A stretch of 64,000 nucleotides of DNA from Rhizophagus irregularis (GCF_026210795.1 NC_089432.1:1674001-1738000); one strand, 5' to 3'. Shown: positions 42,205-52,094, counted from the first letter of the stretch. Translations and numbers: made by a program. The notes: generated by a model from the sequence alone, not told the origin.

Positions 42205-42744
42205 CTACAAGAATCAATGAACAACATTGAAGCAGAACATTTAACTGCATTAAGGGGTAAATTAATAATAAACCAAGAATTAAAGGACGTAATGTTTGAT
42301 ACAGGAGCAGCAGTAAATGTAATAACTAGTCAGATAATGGATGAAATGGACCTAAAAATTGAGGAACCGAGTACAGTAAGATGTGTGATGATAAATGAGG
42401 ATAAATTAGCATCTAGGGGTACCACGACAATATACATACAATTTGGGGATAAAGAAATACCCATTAAGGTTGAAGTAATTGATTCAGGAAAAAACGAAAT
42501 TGTGTTAGGAAATGGAGTATTAGATATGTTCAAAGCAAATATAGATTACACAGATAAAACAATAATAATTAGAATGAATGATGAAACTATGGATATACCA
42601 GTAAAATACACACAAAGGACCATTAAAGGGTTTGAAGAAACATTTGATGAAGAGGAAATATTAGAAGAATTATACCAGGATGAATTGTATAACATATATG
42701 AAGATGACCATGAAGGTCAGGAAGATGAAAATTTTAAAATATAA
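42205..42744 (+). CDS. Aspartic protease, in frame with gag behind a single TGA
   Basis: FDTGAAVNVI catalytic motif and IVLGNGVL; same frame as gag. Confidence 0.9.
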   Translation, partial: LQESMNNIEAEHLTALRGKLIINQELKDVMFDTGAAVNVITSQIMDEMDLKIEEPSTVRCVMINEDKLASRGTTTIYIQFGDKEIPIKVEVIDSGKNEIVLGNGVLDMFKANIDYTDKTIIIRMNDETMDIPVKYTQRTIKGFEETFDEEEILEELYQDELYNIYEDDHEGQEDENFKI

Positions 42745-44219
42745 GTCTTGGTCAGAATGATACTGAAGAGACGATAAAGAAGCACAAAAGTGACCATGAA
42801 AAATTTACTGAAAAATTTAAAGTAGGGGACATAACCAATGAACAAAAAGGTAAATTAAAAGTATTAGTAGAAAAATATAAGGATATATTTGAGTACGATG
42901 GTGAAAAATATAATAGGACAAACCTAGTAAAACATGAAATCAGATTAAAAGGGGGTACTGAACCATTAGCCCAAAAGAGGTACAAAGAAAATGATGAAAA
43001 AGGTAAATTCATCAGAAAAGAGGTTGACGAGATGTTAAAATTGGGAAAAATTAGAGAATCTAGAAGTCCATGGTCTTCACCAGTGACTTTAGCAGGGAAA
43101 AAGTCGGGAAATTATAGATTTTGCATCGACTATAGAAAATTAAATAAAGTTACAATAACAGATGCATATCCATTACCGAGGATTGACGAACAATTAGAAA
43201 GGATAAGTTCAGGAAAATGGTTTACCAGTCTAGATTTAGCATCAGGGTTTAATCAGATAGAAATGGCTGAGGAAGATATTGAGAAAACAGCATTCATATG
43301 CTCAGCAGGATTATATGAATATAATGTCATGCCATTTGGGTTAACAAATGCGCCTGCAAGTTTTCAAAGGTTAATGGATAAAGTATTAAAGGAGTACCTA
43401 AATGAATTTGTGATAGTATACATTGATGATATAATGATATATTCGGAAAATTTTGAAGACCACCTAAAACACATAAAGTTAGTGTTAGAAAAATTAAAGG
43501 AAGCCAGTTTAATACTAAAGTTAAAGAAATGTATATTTGGGAAAACAGAAATAGAATTTTTAGGACATGTAGTTGGTAAAAATGGATTAAAACCAAGTCC
43601 AGGAAAGGTCGAAAAGATACAAAAATTAACAGCACCTATAAATATAAAAGGTGTAAGGTCAATATTAGGGTTATGTACGTATTATAGAAAATTTATTAAA
43701 GATTTTTCAAAAATAGTAAAACCAATAACATCTTTATTGAGAAAAGATGAAAAGTTCGAATGGGGCATCAAACAACATGAAGCATTAGAGATATTAAAAA
43801 GGAAATTAACCGAAGAACCGGTGTTAAGACAACCAGATTGGTTAAGGAAATTTATATTAATTACAGATGCTTCAGGAGTAGGATTAGGGGCAGTGTTAGC
43901 TCAAAAAGATGATAAAGGTCAAGAATATGTAATAGAATATGCCAGTAAAAGTTTAAACAGGACAGAACAAAGATGGCCAATAACCGAACAAGAATGTTAT
44001 GCAATTGTATGGGGAATACAACATTTCCATAAATACTTGATCAATAGAAAATTTGAGGTAGTAACAGACCATGCAGCTTTGAAGGGATTAATGACTGCAA
44101 AAGTACCAAAAGGAAAGAGATCAAGATGGGTCATGGAATTGGAACAGTATGATTTTGAAATAACCCATAGACCAGGAAAAGAAAATAAAAACGCAGATGC
44201 CTTATCAAGAATAATATAA
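42738..44219 (+). CDS. pol: Reverse transcriptase-RNase H (frame open from 42738, -1 relative to protease)
   Basis: VKHEIRL..PLAQKRY, SPWSSPV, RFCIDYRKLN, LDLASGFNQI, MPFGLTNAPASFQ, YIDD, TDASGVGLGAVL, EQECYAIVW, TDH, NADALSR. Confidence 0.97.
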   Translation, partial: NISLGQNDTEETIKKHKSDHEKFTEKFKVGDITNEQKGKLKVLVEKYKDIFEYDGEKYNRTNLVKHEIRLKGGTEPLAQKRYKENDEKGKFIRKEVDEMLKLGKIRESRSPWSSPVTLAGKKSGNYRFCIDYRKLNKVTITDAYPLPRIDEQLERISSGKWFTSLDLASGFNQIEMAEEDIEKTAFICSAGLYEYNVMPFGLTNAPASFQRLMDKVLKEYLNEFVIVYIDDIMIYSENFEDHLKHIKLVLEKLKEASLILKLKKCIFGKTEIEFLGHVVGKNGLKPSPGKVEKIQKLTAPINIKGVRSILGLCTYYRKFIKDFSKIVKPITSLLRKDEKFEWGIKQHEALEILKRKLTEEPVLRQPDWLRKFILITDASGVGLGAVLAQKDDKGQEYVIEYASKSLNRTEQRWPITEQECYAIVWGIQHFHKYLINRKFEVVTDHAALKGLMTAKVPKGKRSRWVMELEQYDFEITHRPGKENKNADALSRII

Positions 44220-44255
44220 ATAGATGGGTAAAAGAGTTACTTTTCAAAAATAAAA

Positions 44256-44495
44256 ATGGAACAAGTGGTAAGAAATACAAATCATAAAATAAAGGATATA
44301 ATCGAAAATTTAGAAGGTATAACAAAGGAATTAAACAGGATAAAGTATAACTATAAATTCAAAGCCAAAAATTTTGAAGATAGTGAAGAAAGACCATTAA
44401 TATTGGAAACTCAAGAGGAAATATTACAAATAGGGGTGATATTAAGTAAAGTAAACAAGCTAAAATTATCAGAATTATGTAAAAATGGGACCTAA
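44256..44495 (+). CDS. Small accessory ORF (79 aa, predicted coiled coil) between RNase H and integrase
   Basis: AAAATGG start; heptad-like IKDIIENLEGITKELNRIK; overlaps the next ATG by 11 nt. Confidence 0.55.
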   Translation: MEQVVRNTNHKIKDIIENLEGITKELNRIKYNYKFKAKNFEDSEERPLILETQEEILQIGVILSKVNKLKLSELCKNGT

Positions 44496-46266
44496 AATAA
44501 TAATCATATGTGGAGTTGATGGTACTGGAAAAACATTCATTGTAAATAAACTTATAAAAGAATTTGAAAAAGTAGGACAAAGTGTGAGGTTTAACACCTT
44601 TAAAAGGAGAAGAGAGGACAATGATAAGTATAAAATACCAAAGAAAGGTATAGAATGGGAATTCAGGAAGGAAGTTGTCGAACAAATCAACAGGAGAATG
44701 GAAGAACATGATAATGAAGATTGGTTAATATTAGATAAAAGTCCCTATAGTGAGTACTTTTATCAACAAACACCATCATTCGACAGAGGATACATAACAA
44801 GATATGAGAACCACCTATTAGAAAAGGAAGTATTTAGGAACAAAAGGATAATTGATGAATCAATAGTGATATTTTTAGAAAATGAAAAATGTTGGGAAAA
44901 TTACAAAGGTAGAGAACATTCGAAAAAGGATCAAGGACATAAAACATCATATCCATTATTAGATGAAGAAAGATATATGGAGATGGTGAAATCATTTAAA
45001 GAATGTCAAGATATTTACGAAGGAGAAAAATATGCTAATATTAAAATATCGAATAATGACACAGATTGGGAAAGAGTATATAATAAAGTAATAGAATTAG
45101 ATGGAGATAAACCACCAATAGAGGTTAAAAATGTTGAGATTAAGGATAACATCAGAGTAACTGATGGTAAAAAGCATATTGAGAAAAATGGTAAAAATAT
45201 AAGAATAATAGAAGACTTTGAAAAGATGGGAGCACTATATTTAGCTCACAGTCATGAATTATCAGCACATATGGGAATCAAAAGTACTTATGATAATTTA
45301 AAAGATAAATATTATTGGGAAAATATGCTGAATGATGTTGAAAGATATGTAAGGACATGTGATGAATGTCAAAGAAGAGGAAAACCACAAGGGAAAAATG
45401 AATTACACCCAATTAAAGTAGTAGAACCATGGTATCAAATCGGGATCGACTTTGTTGGACCATTGAACACAACAACAAATGGTAATAAGTACATCATAGT
45501 AGCAATGGATTATTTTACAAAATGGCCAGAAGCCAAAGCAGTAAAGGAAGCAACTGCCAAAGAAGTATCAAAATTTATTTATGAAGACATCATTTGTAGA
45601 CATGGATGTCCAATGAAAATATTGAGTGATAGAGGAAGTCATTTCAATAATGAAATGATTAAAGAATTAATGGAAAAATTCAAAATTAAATGGAATTTTT
45701 CTACAAGTTATCATCCAGAGACAAACGGACTTGTTGAAAGATTCAACCGAACATTAGGTCAAGCATTAGCAAAATTATCAACCAAAGATGATTGGGATCA
45801 AAGGATAGCACCCATATTATTTGCTTACCGAAATAAAAAGCATAGTTCAACAAGAATTCGACCATTTTATTTAACATACGGAAGAAATGTACGGACAATA
45901 ATGGATGAAAATATCAAAGAAATTAACCTAAGTGATAGAATAGTTGGATTATTAGAAGAACTACCAAAAATCTGACATGAAGCCAAAGAACAAATACTGA
46001 AATCTCAAACAAAACAAAAAGAGTATCATGACAGAAAAATAATCAAAGAACACACCTTTGGAATTGGAGATAAAATACTACTCTATGATAAAGCCAAAGC
46101 ACAACAACTATCGGGAAAATTAGAATCAAAATGGTTGGGACCATTTTACATTCATGAAATACTACCGAATGGAGCTTATAGAATTAAAAATATTAAAGGT
46201 GTCATCAAGAAGATACCTGTAAATGGAGAATTATTAAAGACTTACCATACACCGATGAGTAAATGA
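44485..46266 (+). CDS. dNMP/thymidylate-kinase-like P-loop domain fused to integrase (internal TGA at 45973-45975)
   Basis: N-terminal IIICGVDGTGKT and LILDKSPYSEYFY; HHCC (AHSHELSAH..CDEC); DDE core (GIDFVGP, SDRGSHF, VERFNRT); after the TGA the same frame continues with a GPY/F domain (GKLESKWLGPFYI) to TGA 46264-46266. Confidence 0.92.
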
Positions 46267-46498
46267 TAACTATCATCAATGGACTTAGAAAAATAAAGAT
46301 AATTTATAATCATGTGAAATAAAATCACATGACATAAAAATAATTTTCGAAAATAGGAAAAACTAATGAAAATTTCCTAAGAAAGACCAAAGTGAAATCC
46401 GGTACAAGAAAACCGTAGACTTAACAAACACATGATAAACCGCAGATGTAGACGCAGCAAAAAGGAATATTTAAAACGCAGCTGAGTCAAGTGACAAT

Positions 46499-46589
46499 GC
46501 ATGTTTGATTTAGTGGTATAATTCGCACCTACCACTTCGAGACACGAGTTCGATTCTTAGAATAAATTTAATGTGGGCATTAAATTTTT
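46499..46589 (+). ncRNA. Degenerate tRNA-Gly-like sequence with Pol III A/B boxes, hairpin and T5 inside the retrotransposon
   Basis: GCATGTT-TGATTTAGTGGTATAATT-CGCAC-CTACCAC-...-GAGTTCGATTCT; then hairpin AAATTTAATG/CATTAAATTT and TTTTT. Confidence 0.65.
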
Positions 46590-46591
46590 AT

Positions 46592-46602
46592 GCGGGGGAT
46601 AG
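46592..46602 (+). promoter_or_regulatory. Polypurine tract
   Basis: GCGGGGGATAG immediately before the 3' LTR. Confidence 0.8.
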
Positions 46603-46603
46603 T

Positions 46604-47232
46604 TGTAATGCCGTAGTATATCTAGTAAATTTATTAATTGTGAGGCGCAGTATTACATTTAGTCTTAGTGTATAAAATTTTAACTTATTTTTATTTTTAT
46701 TTTAATTGGACCGAAAAGTCGTTAAACTATTAATCATGAGAATCAAGGATAATTGGTCCGTGATGACCTTAAACTATTAGTCACGAGATTTAAGGATAAA
46801 TGAAGATCCGAAAGATACTAAATTGGATGAAATCAAGTGATCTGAGGTGTCAAGTGATTAATTTGTTGATCACTACGTTAATATTATAAATCATAATTCA
46901 GGAGTTCATGATGATCAAATGGATACAAAATTAAGATAATGGAAATACTTTAAGATAATGGAAATACTTTAAAATAATGGAAATACTTTAATAATTTAAA
47001 TCCATGAATCGAAATTATGAATTTAGTTACACAAAAACAAACATAAAAGGGCGTGAAGATCAACTATTGAAAAAATAGAGAAATTGGACGAATTTTGTTA
47101 TGAATTATTTATTTTGTTATTTAATGTTATTAAACCAAGCATATTATTGTATTTATTTATATTATGAATAAAGAGTCATTTTGTTAATACCTGAGGTGGC
47201 AAACATAATTCTCTATGGGCTCAGGTGTTACA
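46604..47232 (+). repeat. 3' LTR
   Basis: 629-bp direct repeat of 36227-36855. Confidence 0.98.
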
Positions 47233-48479
47233 CCATGCTGCCGCCACTTAACGTAGTAGGCGTACGGCTACTCTATATTAATTCTAACGCAGTTGTATGT
47301 ATTTAATATAGAAAATATATAGTAGATTATCATCATAATATAGAAATTGTATCGCCAATACAAAGAAACTATATAAATGTTAGCTAGAAACTGTATAAAT
47401 GATTTAAAGTAATGATATATGTGATTTGCATTAAACATGTAGTAAATTCATAGAAAATTTGTATTAACTTTATAATAAATATGCAGTAAATACATAATAA
47501 GTATATAGTGAATTCATAGTAAATACATAATAAATATATAACAAATTGCAGTAAATATATAGTAAATTCACAGTAAATACATTAAATATATAATAACAAA
47601 TTCATAGATATGAGTCTGATCACATTCCAAAAATCGTTAAGTATGGCGCAGCAAAATTGCGCCAAGTTCTCATGAACGAGACCCGGGAAATAAATTTGGA
47701 TGGGACGCATGATTAGGTGGCGTAGTCAGCCAAGCTGATTGGGCAGAAACTTTACTGCGGTATTTTTGGGACCCGAATGCGGAACCTCGTGGCGATGGTG
47801 TCCTAGCCAGCTAACGGAGATGTAAAATGTACTGATTGTAGGAAGTGTCTGGGGTATTTTACTACAGTCTCTTCTAATAATACGTAAGAAATAATTTCTG
47901 GTCGGACTTATCCTACGTAATTCGTCCCTTCGGCGTTTTTTTTGAAATTTCACGGATGCTCCTAATACAAATATTTCCAATAATTACAGGACACTATTTA
48001 CCAATATATATGGAAACCAGAACGTGAATGGTTCAAAACCTTTCAACTCCTCAAAAAAAGACAAATCCATTATCAACGTCGCTCAAAGAAAATTCGTCAT
48101 ACGGTAAACACAATCCTGCAACCACATCCACTTCATTACACCATACTCTCCGAGGTAATTCTCCGATCTCACTCAATCCTATGTCATGTGTCCCTATCTA
48201 CGTACCCTCGAAGAAAAAAGAAAAACACTTCATCTTTCCTATGAAGCTCGTAAATAACACCTCTCTACCGACGACGCGTTCATTAAATGGACGTTATCAA
48301 ATTATTCGCAGGCACTTGGATGTCTCATAGAAATATAGATAGATTTTTTTTTCTTTCGTATATAGAAAGTGGATTAGGTAATGAGGAATAAAGTGTATAG
48401 AATTATTAAAAAAATCGCGTTCTAAAGTTCACAGAAAGAGAAGTGAAAAGTTAATAACAATCACTGAAAGTAAATAAAT

Positions 48480-50570
48480 CTAAATAATCTAAATTAAAAA
48501 AACGAACTTATCATAGTTCGTTCTTTTAAATCCTGGTCGTTTAGCTTCGTCTCACGTCCAGGTTTCCTAAAAATAAAAGAAAGGGAATGTTAATAACGTT
48601 CCCTTAAGTAAAAAATAAAAATAGAAATAAAGAAACGAACTTACCATAGTTCGTTCTTTTTTTTTAAATCCTGGTCGTTAACGTCTTAACGATTTCGTTC
48701 GTCTAAGTTTCCTAAAAATAAAAGAAAGGGAACGTTAATAACGTTCCCTTAAGTAAAAAAAATAAAAATAAAAATAAAAAACGAACTTACCATAGTTCAT
48801 TCTTTTTTTTAAATCCTGGTCGTTAACGTCTTAACGATTTTGTTCGTCCAGGTTTCCTAAAAATAAAAGAAAGGGAACGTTAATAACATTCCCTTAAGTA
48901 AAAAAATAAAAATAAAAATAAAGAAACGAACTTACCATAGTTCGTTCTTTTTTTTTAAATTCTGGTCGTTAACGTCTTAACTTCGTTCGTCCAGGTTTCC
49001 TAAAAATAAAAGAAAGGGAACGTTAATAATGTTCCCTTAAGTAAAAAACCTAAGTAATTAATAGCGCAAGTAAAAATTAAAAAAAAAACCTAAAAAAAAG
49101 AAAAATGAACCCTTACCGCCTAGTTCGTTCTTTTTTTAAATCCTACGTTAACGTTCGATTAACGTTCGTTCATCCAGGTTTCCTAAAAATAAAAAGAAAG
49201 GGAACGTTAATAACGTTCCCTTAAGTAAAAAATAAAAATAAAAATAAAAAAGCGAACTTACCATAGTTCGCTTTTTTTTAAATTGTTCGTTTTTTTTTAA
49301 CGTCTTAACGTCGTTAATCAGGTTTCCTAAAAATAAAAGAAAGGGAACGTTAATAACGTTCCCTTAAGTAAAAAAATAAAAATAAAAATAAAAACGCTTA
49401 CCTAGTTCGTTCTTTTTTTAAATCCTGGTCGTTAAAAGTCTTAATGATTTTGTTCGTGGTTTCCTAAAAATTAAAAAGAACGTAACGTTCCCTTAAGTAA
49501 AAAAATAAAAATAAAAATAAAGAAACGAACTTACCATAGTTCGTTCTTTTTTTTTAAATTCTGGTCGTTAACGTCTTAACTTCGTTCATCCAGGTTTCCT
49601 AAAAATAAAAGAAAGGGAACGTTAATAACGTTCCCTTAAGTAAAAATAAAAAAAAAACCTAAAAAAAAGAAACGAACTTACCATAGTTCGTTCTTTTTTT
49701 TTAAATCCTGGTCGTTAACGTCTTAACGATTTCGTTCGTCCAGGTTTCCTAAAAATAAAAGAAAGGAACGTTAATAATGTTCCCTTAAGTAAAAAAATAA
49801 AAATAAAAATAAAGAAACGAACTTACCATAGTTCGTTCTTTTTTTTAAATCCTGGTTGTTAACGTCTTAATGATTTTGTTCGTCCAGGTTTCCTAAAAAT
49901 AAAGAAAGGGAACGTTAATAACGTTCCCTTAAGTAAAAAATAAAAATAAAAATAAAAAATGAACTTACCATAGTTCGTTCTTTTTTTTTAAATCCTGGTC
50001 GTTAACGTCTTAATGATTTTGTTCGTCCAGGTTTCCTAAAAATAAAAGAAAGGGAACGTTAATAACGTTCCCTTAAGTAAAAAAATAAAAATAAAAATAA
50101 AGAAACGAACTTACCATAGTTCGTTCTTTTTTTTTAAATCCTGGTTGTTGACGTCTTAACGACTTCGTTCGTCCAGGTTTCCTAAAAAAAGAAAGGGAAC
50201 GTTAATTACGTTCCCTTAAGTAAAAATAAAAAAAAAACAAACAAAAGAAACGAACTTACCATAGTTCGTTCTTTTTTTTTAAATCCTGGTCGTCAACGAC
50301 TTCGTCCACGTCCAGGTTTCCTAAAAAAAAGAAAGAGAACGTTAAATTACGTTCCCTTAAATAAAAAAATTAAAAAAAACCTTAAAAAAAAGGTTCTTTT
50401 TTTTTAAATCCTGGTCGTTAGGCTTCGTTCGTCCAGGCTTCCTAATAAAAAAGAAGGAACTATTAATTACGTTCCCTCAAGTAAAAATAACAAAAAAAAA
50501 GAAACGAACTTACCTAGTTCGTTCTTTTAAATCTTGGTCATCCTGCGTCCGTTCGTCCAGGAAAGGGTTT
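48480..50570 (-). repeat. ~146-bp tandem array (~15 units) with an exon/intron-like unit on the minus strand
   Basis: Unit contains GAACTTACCATAG...CCAGGTTTCCTAAAAATAAAA...GGGAACGTTAATAACGTTCCC; the minus strand reads TTTTTAG|GAAACC...CTATG|GTAAGT. Confidence 0.9.
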
Positions 50571-50583
50571 TTTTTAAAAAAAA

Positions 50584-50656
50584 AAATCTGATCCGAATCT
50601 GTTCAGATCGGATCAGATTTTCTTGTGTTATGATCTGATCCGATCTGGAGCACTAG
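50584..50656 (-). mobile_element. hAT-like terminus (TAGTGCTCCAGATCGGATCAGATC on the minus strand) with a palindromic subterminal repeat
   Basis: AAATCTGATCCGA..TCGGATCAGATTT palindrome followed by CTGGAGCACTA; partner end not located. Confidence 0.45.
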
Positions 50657-52094
50657 TCCAGGTTAATATACTTTTACTTACACGAACTAAAATTTTTATT
50701 TCTTGAAAGAATATTGCGTCCAGAAAAATTTGCACCTTCGCGCAAAGAGAATGGTTTAGTTGTTGAAAGACGACTTTTACGCATTTTTCAAGTTCACAAA
50801 TTTTAAAAGATAATGTATTTATAAATGTTTGATATATATAACTAATAAAAATTAAATACGAAATTTCGCTTAATTTGTTAGCTATTTTATAAAATAAGAA
50901 AATGTTCACAAAATAAAGGAATAAAGACAAAGGATCAATCAGTGTCACGCAAGGGCAAAAAGAGTGAAAGGCGAAGTAATAAATCAGTGTTACAATAGGC
51001 GAAAAGGCGAAGTAATAAATCAGTGTTACAATAGGAGCGCCGAGGATAAAGATTTTTATTAATCAATCAGTGTGAAAAGGGCGAAGGAAAAATTCTTTCT
51101 TGAACATTTTTTTTTGTTCTATTATCAAAAGTTTATTGTTAGATTTATATGTATAAAAGGTTAATTGTTAACATATGCATGTTAATTGATATATGGAACA
51201 ATATAATTTTAGACTTTTCTTTATATATAAAAGATTAATTGTTAACATATCTTATATTGGTATATGGAACAGTAGAACTTTTAGACTTTTCTTTATATAT
51301 AAAGTTTAATATGCACGTTAAAGCTTATTTATTGATATATGAAACAGTAGAATTTTAGACTTTCTTTATATAAGCTTAAATATAAGTTTAAATTATTTGT
51401 TTATATAAACTTTTTGATCTTTCCCTATAGCTCAAATAGATTTTTCTCAATCAATATATAAACTTTATCTTTATTTATCGATAAAAAAAAATATTTTTAA
51501 GATTTAAAATAACGAGATTGCATATTTTATCATTCTTTTCGTCTCTTTTTTAAAAAAAACTAATGATGAGAGTAAGAAACTTAAAATTTTGGATGATTTC
51601 TGGCGAATATTTGCTCTTTAGATGAATCTAGATAGTTGAATTATTTTTTTTTTTAATTCTTCAGGTCTCTTAGCGATCGTATTCCTTATATTCAGCTGTA
51701 ATTTTTCCGGGATCGTCTGTACGAGTCGTAAGGTGCAAATGATTATCGATTGATATCATGTGATTATGAACGAAAGTATTTATTTTTTCTATTTTAATTT
51801 GTTTCCTTTAACGAATGTTTACTAATTGTTCTTTATTTTTTCTTCTTTTTAGAATACTTGCAATTTATTTAGAGTTAGGAATTTCGTTAAATATTTGTAC
51901 GAAGTTTTGTTTATTGGTGTTAATGTGGGGGTGTTAATGTGGGTTACTTCATAGGCTTGCTCACCAGCTGGCAGGATGTATGAAATTTCTTTTAATTCAC
52001 AAAGAAAGCCTTGCTAAAGTTATCTTTAGCGTAGGTCTAGTAATACATTGCCTTAAATAAGCGTGGCTACGAGGTTTATGAAGCTCCAACTATA

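Larger units (their letters stand above)
36227..47232 (+). mobile_element. Full-length Ty3/Gypsy LTR retrotransposon with extra ORFs
   Basis: Two 629-bp TG...CA LTRs; 4-bp TSD CCAT (36223-36226, 47233-47236); PBS and PPT present; domain order gag-PR-RT-RH-IN. Confidence 0.98.

Noticed and set aside
38282..44709. Minus-strand ORFs inside the retrotransposon
   Set aside because: Shadows of the strongly A-rich plus-strand coding sequence; no motifs.
46499..46570. Functional tRNA gene
   Set aside because: The 3' acceptor strand, anticodon stem and T stem do not pair; reported only as a tRNA-derived sequence.
47750..47825. HDV-like ribozyme (GCTAA motif)
   Set aside because: Could not build the P1/P2/P3 pairings by eye.
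48480..50570. CRISPR-like array
   Set aside because: No unique spacers (whole units are homologous), eukaryotic context and no cas genes.
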